Positions 1-14,250 are shown, counted from the whole stretch's first letter. The stretch: DNA of 63,162 bases, filler included, from Olpidium bornovanus S191 (GCA_017911155.1; 27 parts of 27 records of this genome joined end to end with filler, not necessarily neighbours in it); one strand, 5' to 3'. Translations and numbers: made by a program. The notes: a model not told the origin generated them from the letters alone.

Positions 1-120
1 ACCGCATTTCTCCAGCACTGTGGCAGCCGAGTGCACCAGGTCCACGCGCTTCTGTTCCAGATACGGGTCTTCGCTCTGGTCGTCGTTGCTCACACCGTAG
101 AGCGGACCGTTGCGGAGCAT
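1..120 (-). CDS. BRR2: Internal fragment of U5 snRNP helicase Brr2/SNRNP200
   Basis: Reverse translation MLRNGPLYGVSNDDQSEDPYLEQKRVDLVHSAATVLEKCG matches the conserved Brr2 segment MLRSPTLYG...DPLLDQRRLDLVHTAA (from recall). It starts abruptly at CATG 118-121. Confidence 0.88.
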   Translation of the reverse strand, partial: MLRNGPLYGVSNDDQSEDPYLEQKRVDLVHSAATVLEKCG

Positions 121-174
121 GAAAAATCACGCGGCACCAAGACGACAACAACAACAACAAAAAAAACAATTGTC

Positions 175-1023
175 AGCTGACTGCGCAATCAGCGTGGATT
201 TGGTGAGAGAGGCAGGGTCCCGGCCTGCGTTGGCGGCAAACCTATTTGCTCGCCGAAGAACGCCTAACTCAAAATGTTGACTGCGTGTGGGTTTCGGACC
301 GGGAAAAATACTGTGCGCGCTGGCAAAGTTCCAGCCCGCAACTGTGCGATTGTCAATAAATATACTGGTTGGGCAGTTGCGCGGTCCAAACAGTTTCTGA
401 TTGAGAGCGGTAACCAAATGAATCATTGGCAATGGCACACGCATAAAGAATGCCAAGGCCTGCGAATAGACGGGGTCATTCGCGAAGTCGGCGTCGGAAC
501 TAGCCAACTTGGTGGAAGTAAACGGAAAGAGACCAGTGTTCTGGCGTTGGGTGCCCCGCCGCAATTAATTGTACATGCCGCACTCGAGACGTTTTCTTTG
601 AAATAAACGTAGTAATCCACCTCACGCCGAGGCGGACAATCGATAGCAAAGTAATACTGGCATCAGTTTTGTATTCTTTAAGGTGGCCTTTTGAATATGA
701 GGCAGGGAGCCGTTTCTGCGGCCAATTAGCACCGTGGAGGGCGGCGCGCTTATTGCGAGGTCGAAAGAAGGGCTATGCGTTATTTGGCGTCGATGGTAGG
801 TCGGCGTGGGCACCCGCGCAGCTCCGTAAATTTTCAAGAGCACGTGAAACAAAGCTTCCTGATTTTCAGAGCAGTGTCGGCCCGCGCAGAATTCCTGAGC
901 GAGCTCAACAAAACGAACCAAACTTTCGTCTTATGTTTCGTCTGCAAAACAAAATTTGACCTTGATTCACGTGCTGCTTTTATTTTTCTAAAACTACAAG
1001 TGGACGAAAAAAAAAACGCGTAG
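175..1023 (+). CDS. Possible spliced 3' part of an uncharacterised gene, convergent on HSP10
   Basis: Plausible AG/GT-bounded open segments (e.g. FLIESGNQMNHWQWHTHKECQGLRIDGVIREVG; VIHLTPRRTIDSKVILASVLYSLR). I recognise no family, and strand and exon chain are uncertain. Confidence 0.25.
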
Positions 1024-1082
1024 TCCAATGAGAAAGTACAGAGAATCACCCAAATGAAAAACGGCTAGCCAGAGGCGCGGCG

Positions 1083-1824
1083 CTACGAGTTGAATTTGGC
1101 GAGCAGGTCGCCGTCTCGGAAGATGATGAACTCCTGGAAAGCAGGGAAGGATCGCAAGGCGAGTGTTATTTGGCGTCGCCGTCAGACTGGTGATGCCCCC
1201 CAAAGGGACGCGCAGGAAAGCACAGGCCAAGAAATAAAAGAAACACGCGCCGGACCGGTCGACGACGTATACGCACTTCGTCCTCGAGCTTAATGGTGTT
1301 TCCACCGTACGGGGGAAGCAAAACCTTGTCGCCCGCCTTTACCGAAACCGGGGTGACGACACCATCCTGTTTGCACCAAAGCGGTAGTGGGGCGGGGCGC
1401 GCGCGCGGCCGGCGGACGCAGAGTTTGCACGCGGCGCCAGTTTTCAGGCGGGATATGACGGCAAGCGGTCAGGTCTCGAGGTCCTCTCCCCCTACCTCCC
1501 CGCCACGCGCGCGAAAAACGGTCCTCGCAATCTTTTCCCCACCTTGTTCCGCGCGCCCTCGCCGACCGCAAGCACAACGCCCTGGTTCAGAGACTCCTGG
1601 GACTTCTCGGGGATGAACACGCCGGCGGCGGTTTTCTGGAAGAGGACGCGAAGGGGAAGGGGGAGGAGCTAAGCCCGAGCGCAGACACGGCCCCTCGGAG
1701 TCCCCCCCGCGCCCGGCGGGCACAAAAGAAAAAAAAAAAAAGGCGCAACAACCTCCTGCGGCTTTATCCGCTGGACGAGAACCCTGTCGAGCAGCGGGAC
1801 GATGTTCTTTGCGCGGAGCGCCAT
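1083..1824 (-). CDS. HSP10: Mitochondrial co-chaperonin Hsp10 (Cpn10), complete, 4 exons, 101 aa
   Basis: Exons 1753-1824, 1543-1635, 1277-1366, 1083-1133 splice in phase 0 to MALRAKNIVPLLDRVLVQRIKPQE-KTAAGVFIPEKSQESLNQGVVLAVGEGARNK-DGVVTPVSVKAGDKVLLPPYGGNTIKLEDE-EFIIFRDGDLLAKFNS*. This has the GroES PLxDRV and PxYGG motifs. It is absent from the ORF track. Confidence 0.96.
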
Positions 1825-1995
1825 GGCAGGATGTGAGGAAGGGTGCTGTTTTCCCTGTACTTGTTTTTTTTTTTTTTCTTTTCGAAGGCGGCGGGGGAGG
1901 TTTTTGTAGCCGCCGCCGACCGCGGCTTACTCCCGCCCCTTCGACCTCACCGCCCCCCCCCCCCCCCCCCCCGGGGGGGGCGCCCCGGGGGGGGG

Positions 1996-2095
1996 NNNNN
2001 NNNNNNNNNNNNNNNNNNNNNNNNNNNNNNNNNNNNNNNTTAATTAATTAANNNNNNNNNNNNNNNNNNNNNNNNNNNNNNNNNNNNNNNNNNNN
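1996..2095. other. Artificial contig spacer (first of 26): 44 N + TTAATTAATTAA + 44 N
   Basis: Identical 100-bp unit at 1996, 5006, 7291, 11468, 13238, 14971, 18377, 20033, 21341, 26733, 29183, 30383, 32301, 35393, 40446, 41596, 43060, 44236, 46094, 47862, 50217, 52576, 55046, 56577, 57765, 61648 (start positions). The palindromic 12-mer puts a stop codon in all six frames. Confidence 0.99.
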
Positions 2096-2324
2096 CATGA
2101 AGTCGATTGCCTTCCGACATTGGGTTGCCAGGTGAGCCGGGGCGACGCGCGCGCCAGGGCGGCTGTAGCGCTCCAGCTTTGCGTAAAGGCGTTCGTATGT
2201 CCTTGTTCGGTTCTTCCAAAAAGCCTCGTAAATCGCGCGTGACACAGCGTTGAGTTGAACAGCCGCGAGGGGAGGCGCGGCGGGATCGGGAGTAGGGCTG
2301 CCCTCCTCGGCCTCCATTCCGCGA
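2096..2324 (-). CDS. Probable coding exon of unknown product, truncated at contig end
   Basis: Acceptor ttttcag at 2325-2331, then an open frame RGMEAEEG...AVSRAIYEAFWKNRTRTYERLYAKLERYS...KAIDFM running into the terminal CATG. Confidence 0.4.
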
Positions 2325-3199
2325 CTGAAAACCGAGAAGAGCGACGGGGGAAAGGAGAAGGGGTCCGACTCGCCTTTTATACCCGAAGCCGGAGTGACAT
2401 GACATCTTCCTCTCGAGCTAATTTCTTGGCGTGGTTCGCGCTTCGAGCTTGTCAGCTTAAGCTTCGAACTGATATTTCCGACACCGATTATACTACAAGC
2501 CACCAATTTAGGCTTCGTGGCGATTTGTCGACACCATTCGAGTCACAGACTTACCAACTTTGACTTCGCCGACACGGAAGAAGCATATCTACGTTGTTAT
2601 TTTTAACTTCGTTGGCGCACGCAGGGGTATTTGCGTTGTTACTCTTACCGACCGCTTGCCAACGGGAGGGCGAATGTGGAAGAAAGAGCGGGCGAGACCT
2701 ATTTGTGGTAAGGGGGCACGCTACCCGGGAAGCAGCATCAAACTGATACTTGAGCGGAGCCGTCGAGTGGGAGTACATTTTCCAAGCATGCCAGTAACTC
2801 CTCCGAATGGCACTAATAATTGGAGGAAGTCGTGGGGTACGTGATGGAAAAAGGGTGCGTCCCGAGTAAATAATACGAGTCCGCGGCGGAGGGACTCGGC
2901 GACGCGTTGCAAAGGGGAAAGTTCTGTAATTAGATATAGACCACGCGTGAAACCCTAATTCCGTCCGCGTGCTACCCTTCCGATGCCGATGACGGCGCTG
3001 TACCCATCGTACTCGAAACACACTCCGAACCCGACCTCATTCTCCGCCGAGGAGAGCCCCGTCGCCGCCGAGGCGAAACCCATATCTTAATAAGGTATAG
3101 AGAATAGAACAACCGCTCCACTCGCCGCCGAGGCAAGCGTCTCTGGAAAGTAGTTAAGTGAATTCGCGTCCGGTTCAGAGTGACCGCCGAGGCACAGTA

Positions 3200-4786
3200 G
3201 AAAAGAAAAGGAGAAAGAAAGAAAAAGACCCAGCCTTAGCACCCCAGCGGTCGCCGGAAAGGACTGCCTTAGGGACAAATAAAACCGTTTTTGCCCACAA
3301 CGTCCGCACCGCCTGGTCGCCGAGCGCGGCGCATCACATTCTGGCCACGTGTTGCACTTCTCATCCGGGGACTCTGGGAAATGATTTCAAAAATCCGCGG
3401 CGTCTTTGGTAAGTTGCTGCGCTGCGAACGTGGCTTGCATGCACTCGCTGACTCGATCGCAGATGAAGGAGAAGTACTTGTCGTGGCGCCTGATGTACGT
3501 ACGCAGAGCTGCGGCATCGCTCTTGCTGTCGTACTTGGGTAGATTAGCGCCCATGGCCTTTACGAGCTCGCGTTCCTCGCGGGTCTGATGGTAATACTTC
3601 ATCTTCTTCGGCTGATCGTCTTTGTCACTGTCATCCGACTCGGAATCCGAGCTCGAGGTTGATCTGCTTTTTGATGGCAGACGGCGCCGATGCGAGTGAT
3701 GGGACAGACGAGAGCATGATGACTTCGATGACTTTGATTTCCTATGATGCAACCAGCGCGAGGGATGCGACCGTGTGGTCGTCGTCCGTCCGAAGAGCTC
3801 GACGGCAAAGAGGTAGAAGGTCCCATGGAGCGGTGTTTCTCTTGCTTGTGAGGCCGTTCCTGGAGTTTCCGTGTTGCCTCACGGTCGCAATTCGGGTCCA
3901 GCGGTGCCGGGGGTACACCCGGCATCGTGGCGTACCATTGTGGCATGGCGTAGTATGTCCCTGGTATGCCTTGTTACGGGTATGGAGCTCCATTGGGGTA
4001 CGGTTCAAAACCCGAAGTATACCTAGGAGTATGTGGAAGGCACTGAGGTACAAAGTCCTGCATTGTGTCTGGGCGCGGCGTGGTGCCCCGATTTTCCACC
4101 ACATTGCCCTGATTTCTAGCACTTACGAAGCGGTGTGGATCGGTTGGAGGAGCCGAAGGAGACGTGTCAAGTGACACCCCGCCGCCGCAAGCACCGCCGA
4201 AGTGGTCGTTCCCTTCATACTCGCTTCCAACCTTCCGGGCCATGGCGGCTTCGTTTTCGTACTGTCCACGCTCGTATTGCGGCGTCCTGCCAAAGAGCGG
4301 GCGTTGGTGGTCGTGTGAAAGTGACATGTCGACTGCGTCATCATTGTTGACAAGTTGTTTGCGAGGTCGACCTTGGCGAGGAGCGAAGACCGACTGGGTA
4401 TTCCCTTGGTCACGCGTGGCGCTCGGCATTTCTCCAGTTGGGAAACGACCAGGAAAGGGGGCGCCTTGTGGTGCAAGAAGCGCCGCGGGCGTGGTGATTG
4501 GCGCATCAGTTGTTGTTCCAAACGAGATCGGGAGTGCCGAAGCGGCGCTCTCGGAGAGCGAGGCGCGGGACAGCTGCTCTGTGACGATGGCAGCCTGCTG
4601 CTCCGGAAGTTGCTGCTTCGACCTGGAACGCGTGTTCCTTTTGAAGGTCTCGTCGAGAAGTGACGGCACGAGTTGGCCGCCAGGCCGCGCTGCGGCTGCG
4701 CCTTTTCTCTTCATGACTTTGCTCTTGTCCGTCGCGTGCATGTACGCAAGTCCTCTCCTGTGGCGTCGACGGCGGCTGACGGGCAT
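3200..4786 (-). mobile_element. Degenerate Ty3/gypsy-type gag
   Basis: LPKYDSKSDAAALRTYIRRHDKYF...QATFAAQQLTKDAADF*NHF...NTWPEC fits the retrotransposon gag pattern PxFDG..YF..FAA..L...A..W...TW. In-frame stops at 3974 and 3387 plus a frameshift. Long low-complexity N-terminal ORF at 3974-4786. Confidence 0.6.
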
Positions 4787-5105
4787 CCTATTGGGGGCCT
4801 ACGGGAATCCTATTCGGAATCTTACGGACGCCCGAAAATCCCCTTTAGAACGAGTGTTTGACATGTGCGATTTAGCCCGAATACAGACAGACAGACAGAC
4901 AGACAGACGAAAGTTCTTTGAACGCCGTTCTCGTCTCCATGACGACGCCCGGTTGCGCTCTATTTCTCGGCTCCGAACCACAACATGCCCCCCCCCCTCC
5001 CGCACNNNNNNNNNNNNNNNNNNNNNNNNNNNNNNNNNNNNNNNNNNNNTTAATTAATTAANNNNNNNNNNNNNNNNNNNNNNNNNNNNNNNNNNNNNNN
5101 NNNNN

Positions 5106-5646
5106 CATGAAGGACTGCCTACTGCTGGTGTTTGCGAACAAGCAGGATTTGCCGGACGGTAAGGCGCGAGAGCCGAGCAGAGATTCACCCCTCTCATCTT
5201 CAGCAGTCAAAGCATTTTTCATATGGTTCCTCATTTGTTCTTTTTCGGTCGCCTTCGAGCCCCCTTCCCCCCCACCCCTCTGGTTTTTTCCGTTTTATCC
5301 TTCGAAAAGATGCGTTGCGTCCATCTCTGTAGCTTGCAGTCGAATTCTGATAGTCTTCGTCATTTCTCAGGGCCTTTGTTGCTTTCTTTCTCCCTTTTCT
5401 TTTCTTTCTAATTGTCCTAAGCAATTTCTACTCGGATGCCTGGCTAAACAGTGCCCAACTGGCAGCCGCTGACTCTTGTCTTGGCTCTGTTTTGCACCAG
5501 CGATGAAGCCGCAGGAGGTCACCGAAAAGCTCGGTCTACACCGCCTCCGGGACAGGAACTGGTACGTCCACCCGTCATGCGCAACAACGGGCGAAGGACT
5601 CCTGGAGGGCCTGAACTGGATGAGTCAGAATGTCGTTACAAAATGA
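5106..5646 (+). CDS. ARF6: ADP-ribosylation factor 6, C-terminal part (2 exons)
   Basis: Exons 5106-5158 and 5501-5646 give [70 protein letters not shown]4 box and Arf6-type AMKPxE/RNWYVxPSCAT. Branch GCTGAC at 5468. Confidence 0.92.
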
Positions 5647-6018
5647 AAATGAGAGAAAGCTAGTTTTTCGTGCTCCCTCGTTTCTCTCGCATCCTGCAAC
5701 AAGCGCATGCTTTTTATTCTTCGTTTTTTTCTTCTTTATATAGTCCTGCGCACGCCAGCGCGATGTTTGGCTGTTAACTTTGGCCGTTGAGCTGCGCGGG
5801 AAAGCGCGAAACACGAGGGGGGTTTCTGCAGTTTTAGGCTGCTTGGGAGTGGCACCTGGCTTTCCGTGGGCCCAGCACCACCCTCGCCCCGATCTTTGCC
5901 GGAGGGGGGAGGGGGGGGAAGACGCGTCTTTGATTGTGAAATGTGGGAGGCCATTTGGCTAATGTGAGAGATTTTCTGTAACGAAGTCTTTACTGACAGT
6001 CGCGGGAGCATGCGCTGG

Positions 6019-6530
6019 TGTCAATAATCTGGAAGACTACGTCTAGCTCAAGGTTATTTCTGCATACAAGATCTGGATTCTGAGTTCTAGAGGCCTATGG
6101 TTACGTCGGTCAACGGCTCTATTTATGTGCGGGCTCGGACGCGGACGCGGACACAGATGCAGACTTGTGCGTGGACGTGTGTGCGCGGGGGTGGACACCC
6201 GCGTGTGTGTATTCTCCGCGCGCGTGTGTGCATCCACGCATGTGTGTCGCCGCGCAGGTCTGTCCCAGTGTGTGGGACAGTCGGGCTTGTGTGGCCTGGC
6301 GTGTGGGGACCCCGCGTGTGTGTGGAAACGCCACACGTGCGGGAGTCACACGCTGGAATTTCCAACGGGGGCGCACACACCGGCTGGGGGGTCCCGTCCG
6401 GCGGGCAACGTGGCTGGAGCCGGACACTGTCCACACCGGCCGGAGTGTCTCAACACACGTGCCTTGACGATATCCGCACGCCTGCGATGCCACCCCCCCC
6501 CCCCCCTTTCCGGAACGGAAAGTTGTGACA
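6019..6530. mobile_element. Candidate LTR (about 512 bp) with TGTCA...TGACA termini
   Basis: TGTCA at 6019-6023 and TGACA at 6526-6530. GT/CA-rich interior, PBS-like TGGTGCTGAAA at 6543-6553 and a gag-like ORF downstream. No TSD, and the TATA-like CATAAATAG lies on the minus strand. Confidence 0.4.
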
Positions 6531-6959
6531 AGTTGTGGAAGTTGGTGCTGAAAAAAATCGTGACGGGAAATTGGACGTCCGGCCACAACGGAACGAGTTG
6601 TGTGGCAAGGTCGTGACGGGAAATGGGTGTCTGGCCACTGTCGGAGGTGATCCGTTCCCCGCGGGCGGGTCACGTGGCCGTTTTAATGGCTGTACCCCGT
6701 CGAAACCCCCTGTGGGGCCCACGTCGTTTTTCTTGTAACAAAAAAAAAAAATATAAACAAAGGAAAAACCCATCCGCCTTCGGCTGCCTTGCAACCGCGA
6801 CGCCGGCGAACGGCGTTGACGAGCTCCTTGGGACGAAGTGGGGTTGTCGATGGGAGACAAAGCGGAAAGGATGGGGGGCGCTTCTACCTGTCCATCGAAG
6901 GGACCCTCGAATGGGCCAGTGGGGTACAAGTGCTAGAGAATGTTGCGTGTTGTTCGGAG

Positions 6960-7290
6960 GAGGGGAAAACGTCCTGCGCACCGCCTGCATCCGTGCCTTC
7001 ATCCTGTATCCGTGCCTTCATCCAATCGGCTTTTTTGCATATTTGCGGCTGTTTGAGACCACCGTCTGCCAGTGGGAGCTGTCTGATACGGAACTGATGA
7101 GGTGCTGTAAGTTGGCCGTCCACGAGAATAGCTCGGTAAAGGTGGCAAAGGCCACGGCCCTGGCAAACACATGGGTCGAGACAAAAGAGTGCTTGCGGGA
7201 GGCCTTCCGCGCGCGCGATGATACGTGCGTGACGGCCAAGCGGTTCGCGGAATGGGTGCGGCGTGAGAAAAAGGACTCTGTCGGCCCCGA
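6960..7290 (+). mobile_element. Retrotransposon gag-like ORF, truncated by contig end
   Basis: FAYLRLFETTVCQWELSDTELMRCCKLAV...ANTWVETKECLREAF resembles gag F..YL..FE...TW.ELK..L..F. Confidence 0.5.
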
Positions 7291-8187
7291 NNNNNNNNNN
7301 NNNNNNNNNNNNNNNNNNNNNNNNNNNNNNNNNNTTAATTAATTAANNNNNNNNNNNNNNNNNNNNNNNNNNNNNNNNNNNNNNNNNNNNAAACGAGCAA
7401 AAAGGAGCCCCCAGCCTAAGCATCCATGTTAAGGTCCTAACGATTCCATGTAGAATCGGTTTGCCTGCCCAACCGCAGCAGGCCCATAGACCAAAGAATA
7501 GGTCAGGCAGGTGAGCAACTCTGCGAGAAACCCTCCGAAAAAAACCGCAAGTCTGTATCTGGTCTGGAGGCCGAGCCACGTCCTTTTTTCTCCTTTTAGC
7601 ACGGTTTGAAAACGGAGGCCGACTTTGAATGCACATAGCTGGTCCCACAGGCACCTTACCCAAACCGGCTCAACGGTCGTTCGAAAGGCCTCGTGGAGGC
7701 CTTTGAAAAAATGAGTCCAAAATGAGTCCACTTGGCTTGGGTCTTTCCCTGTCAAGCTGCAAGGAATGCAACTCATCTCTCTCTTTCTCTCTCTTCTTCC
7801 TTTTGTACCGGCGTGTGACTGAGGGGTGGCTTGGGTAAAGGGGGGGATGGGGCAAGGGTGAGCGGAGAAAAAGGGTGGGACAGGGACGGGGGGCGGGGGG
7901 AAGGGATATGGCGGCGGGCCGAGGGTGGAGGGAGAGGGAGAGGAGGGTTGCAGGCTGTTTGGACGGGGAGTGAAAGAAGCGGCAGGGAACGGGGGGCGGG
8001 GAGGGAAATGTCGGAAGGACCAGGGGTGTGTGTGGGAAGTACTGTATACAGTATTAGGGTGGGAAGTATTGGGGGTGCACACCAAGAAAAAAACCCTTGA
8101 CAACACACCAATGAAATCGGAATGACTGTAACAGTGGCTTCCTTCCTTTTCAATGCTTAACCGAAACCTTAAACTCAATTATTCTTT

Positions 8188-8517
8188 TCACGGAAAATAC
8201 CAGGGCAACCCTGGCAATCGATTATGTTTTTTCACAGAAAATACCGGGGTACCCCTGGCATACACACAAAACCCTCGACGTTCCTTTGCGCATGCGGAAC
8301 GTAGAGCGTCCGGAAGCGGGGCCGACCAAGGCCTATATAAGAACAAAGGCCGATATGCATCAACAGTCCACATCCGGTCAGTGGCCGTGTCACGGGGATG
8401 ATAAACATTATCAAAGAAACGGGGTTCGACGAGATATGGGCCAGACCATTTGCGGTCGCTGGAGCGGAGTATCACTGCAAGACACTCTGGTCGTACATGC
8501 TGCACCGTAGAGAGCAA
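8188..8517 (-). mobile_element. Degenerate Ty3/gypsy integrase C-terminal GPY/F segment
   Basis: RKWSGPYLVEPRFFDNVYHPRD...VDAYRPLFLY resembles the KWxGPYxV...YxL...V.xxRLK.Y module. Confidence 0.5.
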
Positions 8518-9428
8518 AGGGCAGCAGACGGGAAGAGCGAGGAATGCTTTTTGCGCTGTGTTTTTTTTTTTTTTTTACGCTGTGGGGAGTTGTGGAGTTT
8601 TGAGCTGCGGGTTTTTGCGCTGCGGGACTCCACTGTGGATATTCTTTATTTCGCTAAAACTATTATATACATATATATTATTGCTACAATATGTTACTAC
8701 TACAATAGTAGATCATAGTATACTACTATTACTATAATCAGATACCATATTAGATTACAAATTATAATATGTATACTACTACTACATACTAATATTCTTT
8801 ATCCTTGGTAGTTTGGTCTGTCTTTGACAGCCGTGTCCCTGACAAAGTGGATAGTTGAGACCTGGCCAGTGCGCTTCGGCCCAATGTCACGCCAATGCTC
8901 ACCACACGCACGGCACACACACGAAAAGAAGAGAGAAGGAGTGACAGAGAGACAAGGGGTCGACCTTGGACGACGTCGAACGGCAGTCGCAGCTTTCCTC
9001 GTGGCGGTGGCCGACAAGCGAACCGCATTTTTTTTTTTTTTTTTTCCGCGCCAGGTTCCCCGTGCACCGATTCCTGCGTTCGCAGAAGAGCTTCTTTCAC
9101 CCACCGCCCGGCGCATTGCACGTGCGTACGCGCCGTCCTTGTCTCCGCAGATGTGAAAAATTCCCACACGGTTTTTTTTGTTTGTTTTCTTTTTATTTTT
9201 CTTTTGGGACGTTGCGTGTCACCTTGCGGGGAGCGCCCTGCAATTGCGCATTCCATAGAATAGAAAAAAAGAAAAAAAAAAATCGAAAAAAAAAAACCGC
9301 AAAAGCGGAATGGAAAGAAAAATAGGAAAGAAAACAAAAAAAAAAAAAAAAAAAAAAGGGCTGCCAGAGAACGAGAAGGTGGAAGGGAGCGGAGCAGAGA
9401 GCAGAAAGCGGACCAACCCGAGAGCATT

Positions 9429-9475
9429 GAGAGAGAGCGAGAGAGAGCGAGAGAGAGCGAGAGAGAGCGAGAGAG

Positions 9476-9547
<72 letters not shown>

Positions 9548-9660
9548 GAGAGAGAGAGAACGGAGAGAGAAGAGAGAGAGAGAGAGAGCAGATTGAGCAG
9601 AGAAAGCAGAGAGAGATAGAGCAGAGAGAGAGTGTGTGTGAGAGACAGAAAAGACAGAGA
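9429..9660. repeat. (GA)n microsatellite with a 10-bp GAGAGAGAGC sub-period
   Basis: Seen directly, upstream of CDC42. Other (GA/CT)n tracts at 12768-12812, 24060-24150 and 54562-54585. Confidence 0.95.
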
Positions 9661-10224
9661 GCTGGGACGGAAAGAGGCACCGCGGAAAAAGGAGGGCGAC
9701 GAGGACAGCAGAGGGAGGAGGAAAGGGCGACTGGAGAGAGAAAAAAAAAGACAGGCCGACGCGGGAGGGGGCCGCGGAGGAGGGAAGAAGGCAGCGAGAG
9801 AGAGAGCGAGAGAGAGACAGGGAGACAGAGAGACTCGCCGGAACAAAGGGCCGGCCGCGCCGAGCAGAGAGACCAGCAAGCGAAATCCCCTTTGTCATTC
9901 CCTTCCGAGTCTGCCGGCCTCTCTGCAGGCACACACCACTCTCCAACTTCTCTGCCCCCCTTTTCTTCCGCCCTGGCCGTCGCCAGCCCCAGCTCCGGGA
10001 CGCAAATCGGAAACCTTGGGCCCCGCCTCGTCCCGCTCTGCTCGTTCTCGCCCTCTCTCTCTCTTTATCTCTGGCTCGTCGCGCGCGCCCGCCGCCCAGC
10101 GAACAACCCGGCCCCGTTTGCGGCTTGGGAGAGAGAGGGGGGCGTGTCCTGACCCGCGCCGACCACGTCCGAGATATTTTGCTGCCCTGCGACCGGAAAA
10201 GCTGCCCGCTAGGTCCTCTCCGCC

Positions 10225-11310
<1,086 letters not shown>

Positions 11311-11399
11311 GGCGGGGGCGCCGAGTGGTTGCGTCTCGACCGTACCCCCAATAACCCTCCGCTTCGAGGTACAATTTTCCTTCACCGCTGTCATCGCCC

Positions 11400-11401
<2 letters not shown>

Positions 11402-11467
<66 letters not shown>
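11402..11467. repeat. Poly-C tract (66 nt) at contig end
   Basis: Seen directly. Other long tracts: G87 at 29292-29378, A50 at 14194-14243, and G-runs at 15192-15236, 16226-16291 and 63091-63158. Confidence 0.9.
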
Positions 11468-11567
11468 NNNNNNNNNNNNNNNNNNNNNNNNNNNNNNNNN
11501 NNNNNNNNNNNTTAATTAATTAANNNNNNNNNNNNNNNNNNNNNNNNNNNNNNNNNNNNNNNNNNNN

Positions 11568-13002
<1,435 letters not shown>

Positions 13003-13978
13003 GCGGGGAGCTGCTGGGCTGTTTGCGGGCGTGTGCGTGCGGGAGCAGCAGCCCGGGCGCGAGGGTGAGGGTGAGGGGGGCGGGCGGTTGCGGGCGACGG
13101 AGACGGTGGCGCAAAGGTTGGCGGGGAGGAAGGCCCGAGCGGAAGCGCTCGCTTTCACCCGGCCCGAGATTCCTCCTCCTTACGTGTGAGGCGGAACGGA
13201 GGAAACAGACCGGCTCCCCGAGATGCTCCGTCAAAACNNNNNNNNNNNNNNNNNNNNNNNNNNNNNNNNNNNNNNNNNNNNTTAATTAATTAANNNNNNN
13301 NNNNNNNNNNNNNNNNNNNNNNNNNNNNNNNNNNNNNGGCGCTCGGTGGGGGGGGGGGGGGGGGGGGCGGCCCGGGGGGGGGGGGGGGACGCGCTTGTTG
13401 TGCGTGCGCCGCGCATGTCGATCTCGCCCGCCGTTTCCCGCAACGAACGATACGGGGTAAGGGCCAAAGAGAGAGGAAAAAAAGAAAAAAAAAGCAGGCC
13501 CAGCCCGTCGCTGGGGATATTGAGCCCGAGGGGCACGGGTGTGGGGGGGGGCTTGATGATCGGCTCGCCCCGGGTTGAAAAAAAAGCATCGTTTGCGTCC
13601 CCTGGCACCCCCCGCCTTTCCCGCGGGAAGGCGCGCGGGGGAGCGCGAAAGCGTCGAGGGCGGTTGGAACCGAGCAAAACGCCGAAACGAGGGCAGACAT
13701 GGGAGGGATCGCCACAACCCCCCAACCACCCAACCCCCCGCACACACACCCCCCCCCCTCTTCTTCTTAACCGGCCGGGGCGCGTCTTCGACAGCGCTTT
13801 TCGCACTGCACGCGCCACGCGCGACTCGCTGGTTTTTCCCCCCTTCCCCCCCCCCACGGTCCTCCTCCCCCCCCCACCCCCCTCTTTCCCACCTTCCCTT
13901 CCCCTTTTTTTTCTTCCTTTTTTTTCACAACGCGACCAGCCGGCCTTTATGCGGACCGCCGTGTGCTTGCCCCGCGTT

Positions 13979-14192
13979 CTACTGCTGCTGCGCCGCCGCC
14001 TTCTTTTTCGCCGTGGCCACCTGCGGGAGGACCGGTGGGGAAAAGAACGGGCGGGGCGGGGCGGCGAAGGGTGTGTTTGTTGCGGGGCCGAACGAACAGA
14101 GAAAAATGGGCGGGAGGGAGAAAAATGCAAAAACGAACCCAAAAAGGAAAAAAAAAGAGCGGGCGCCGCCTCGCCCCTTGAGTTTTCTCGGC

Positions 14193-14250
<58 letters not shown>

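Noticed and set aside
1824-1995. HSP10-HSP60 head-to-head arrangement
   Set aside because: The contig ends about 170 bp upstream of HSP10, so it cannot be evaluated.
2040-2051. TTAATTAATTAA recurring between unique sequences, superficially like a CRISPR array or regulatory repeat
   Set aside because: Always flanked by exactly 44 N on each side and contains stops in all frames: an artificial contig joiner.
3387-3389. TGA at an expected Trp in gag, hinting at an alternative genetic code
   Set aside because: CDC42, ARF6 and POLD4 all end in TGA and use TGG for conserved Trp; this is a nonsense mutation in a dead element.
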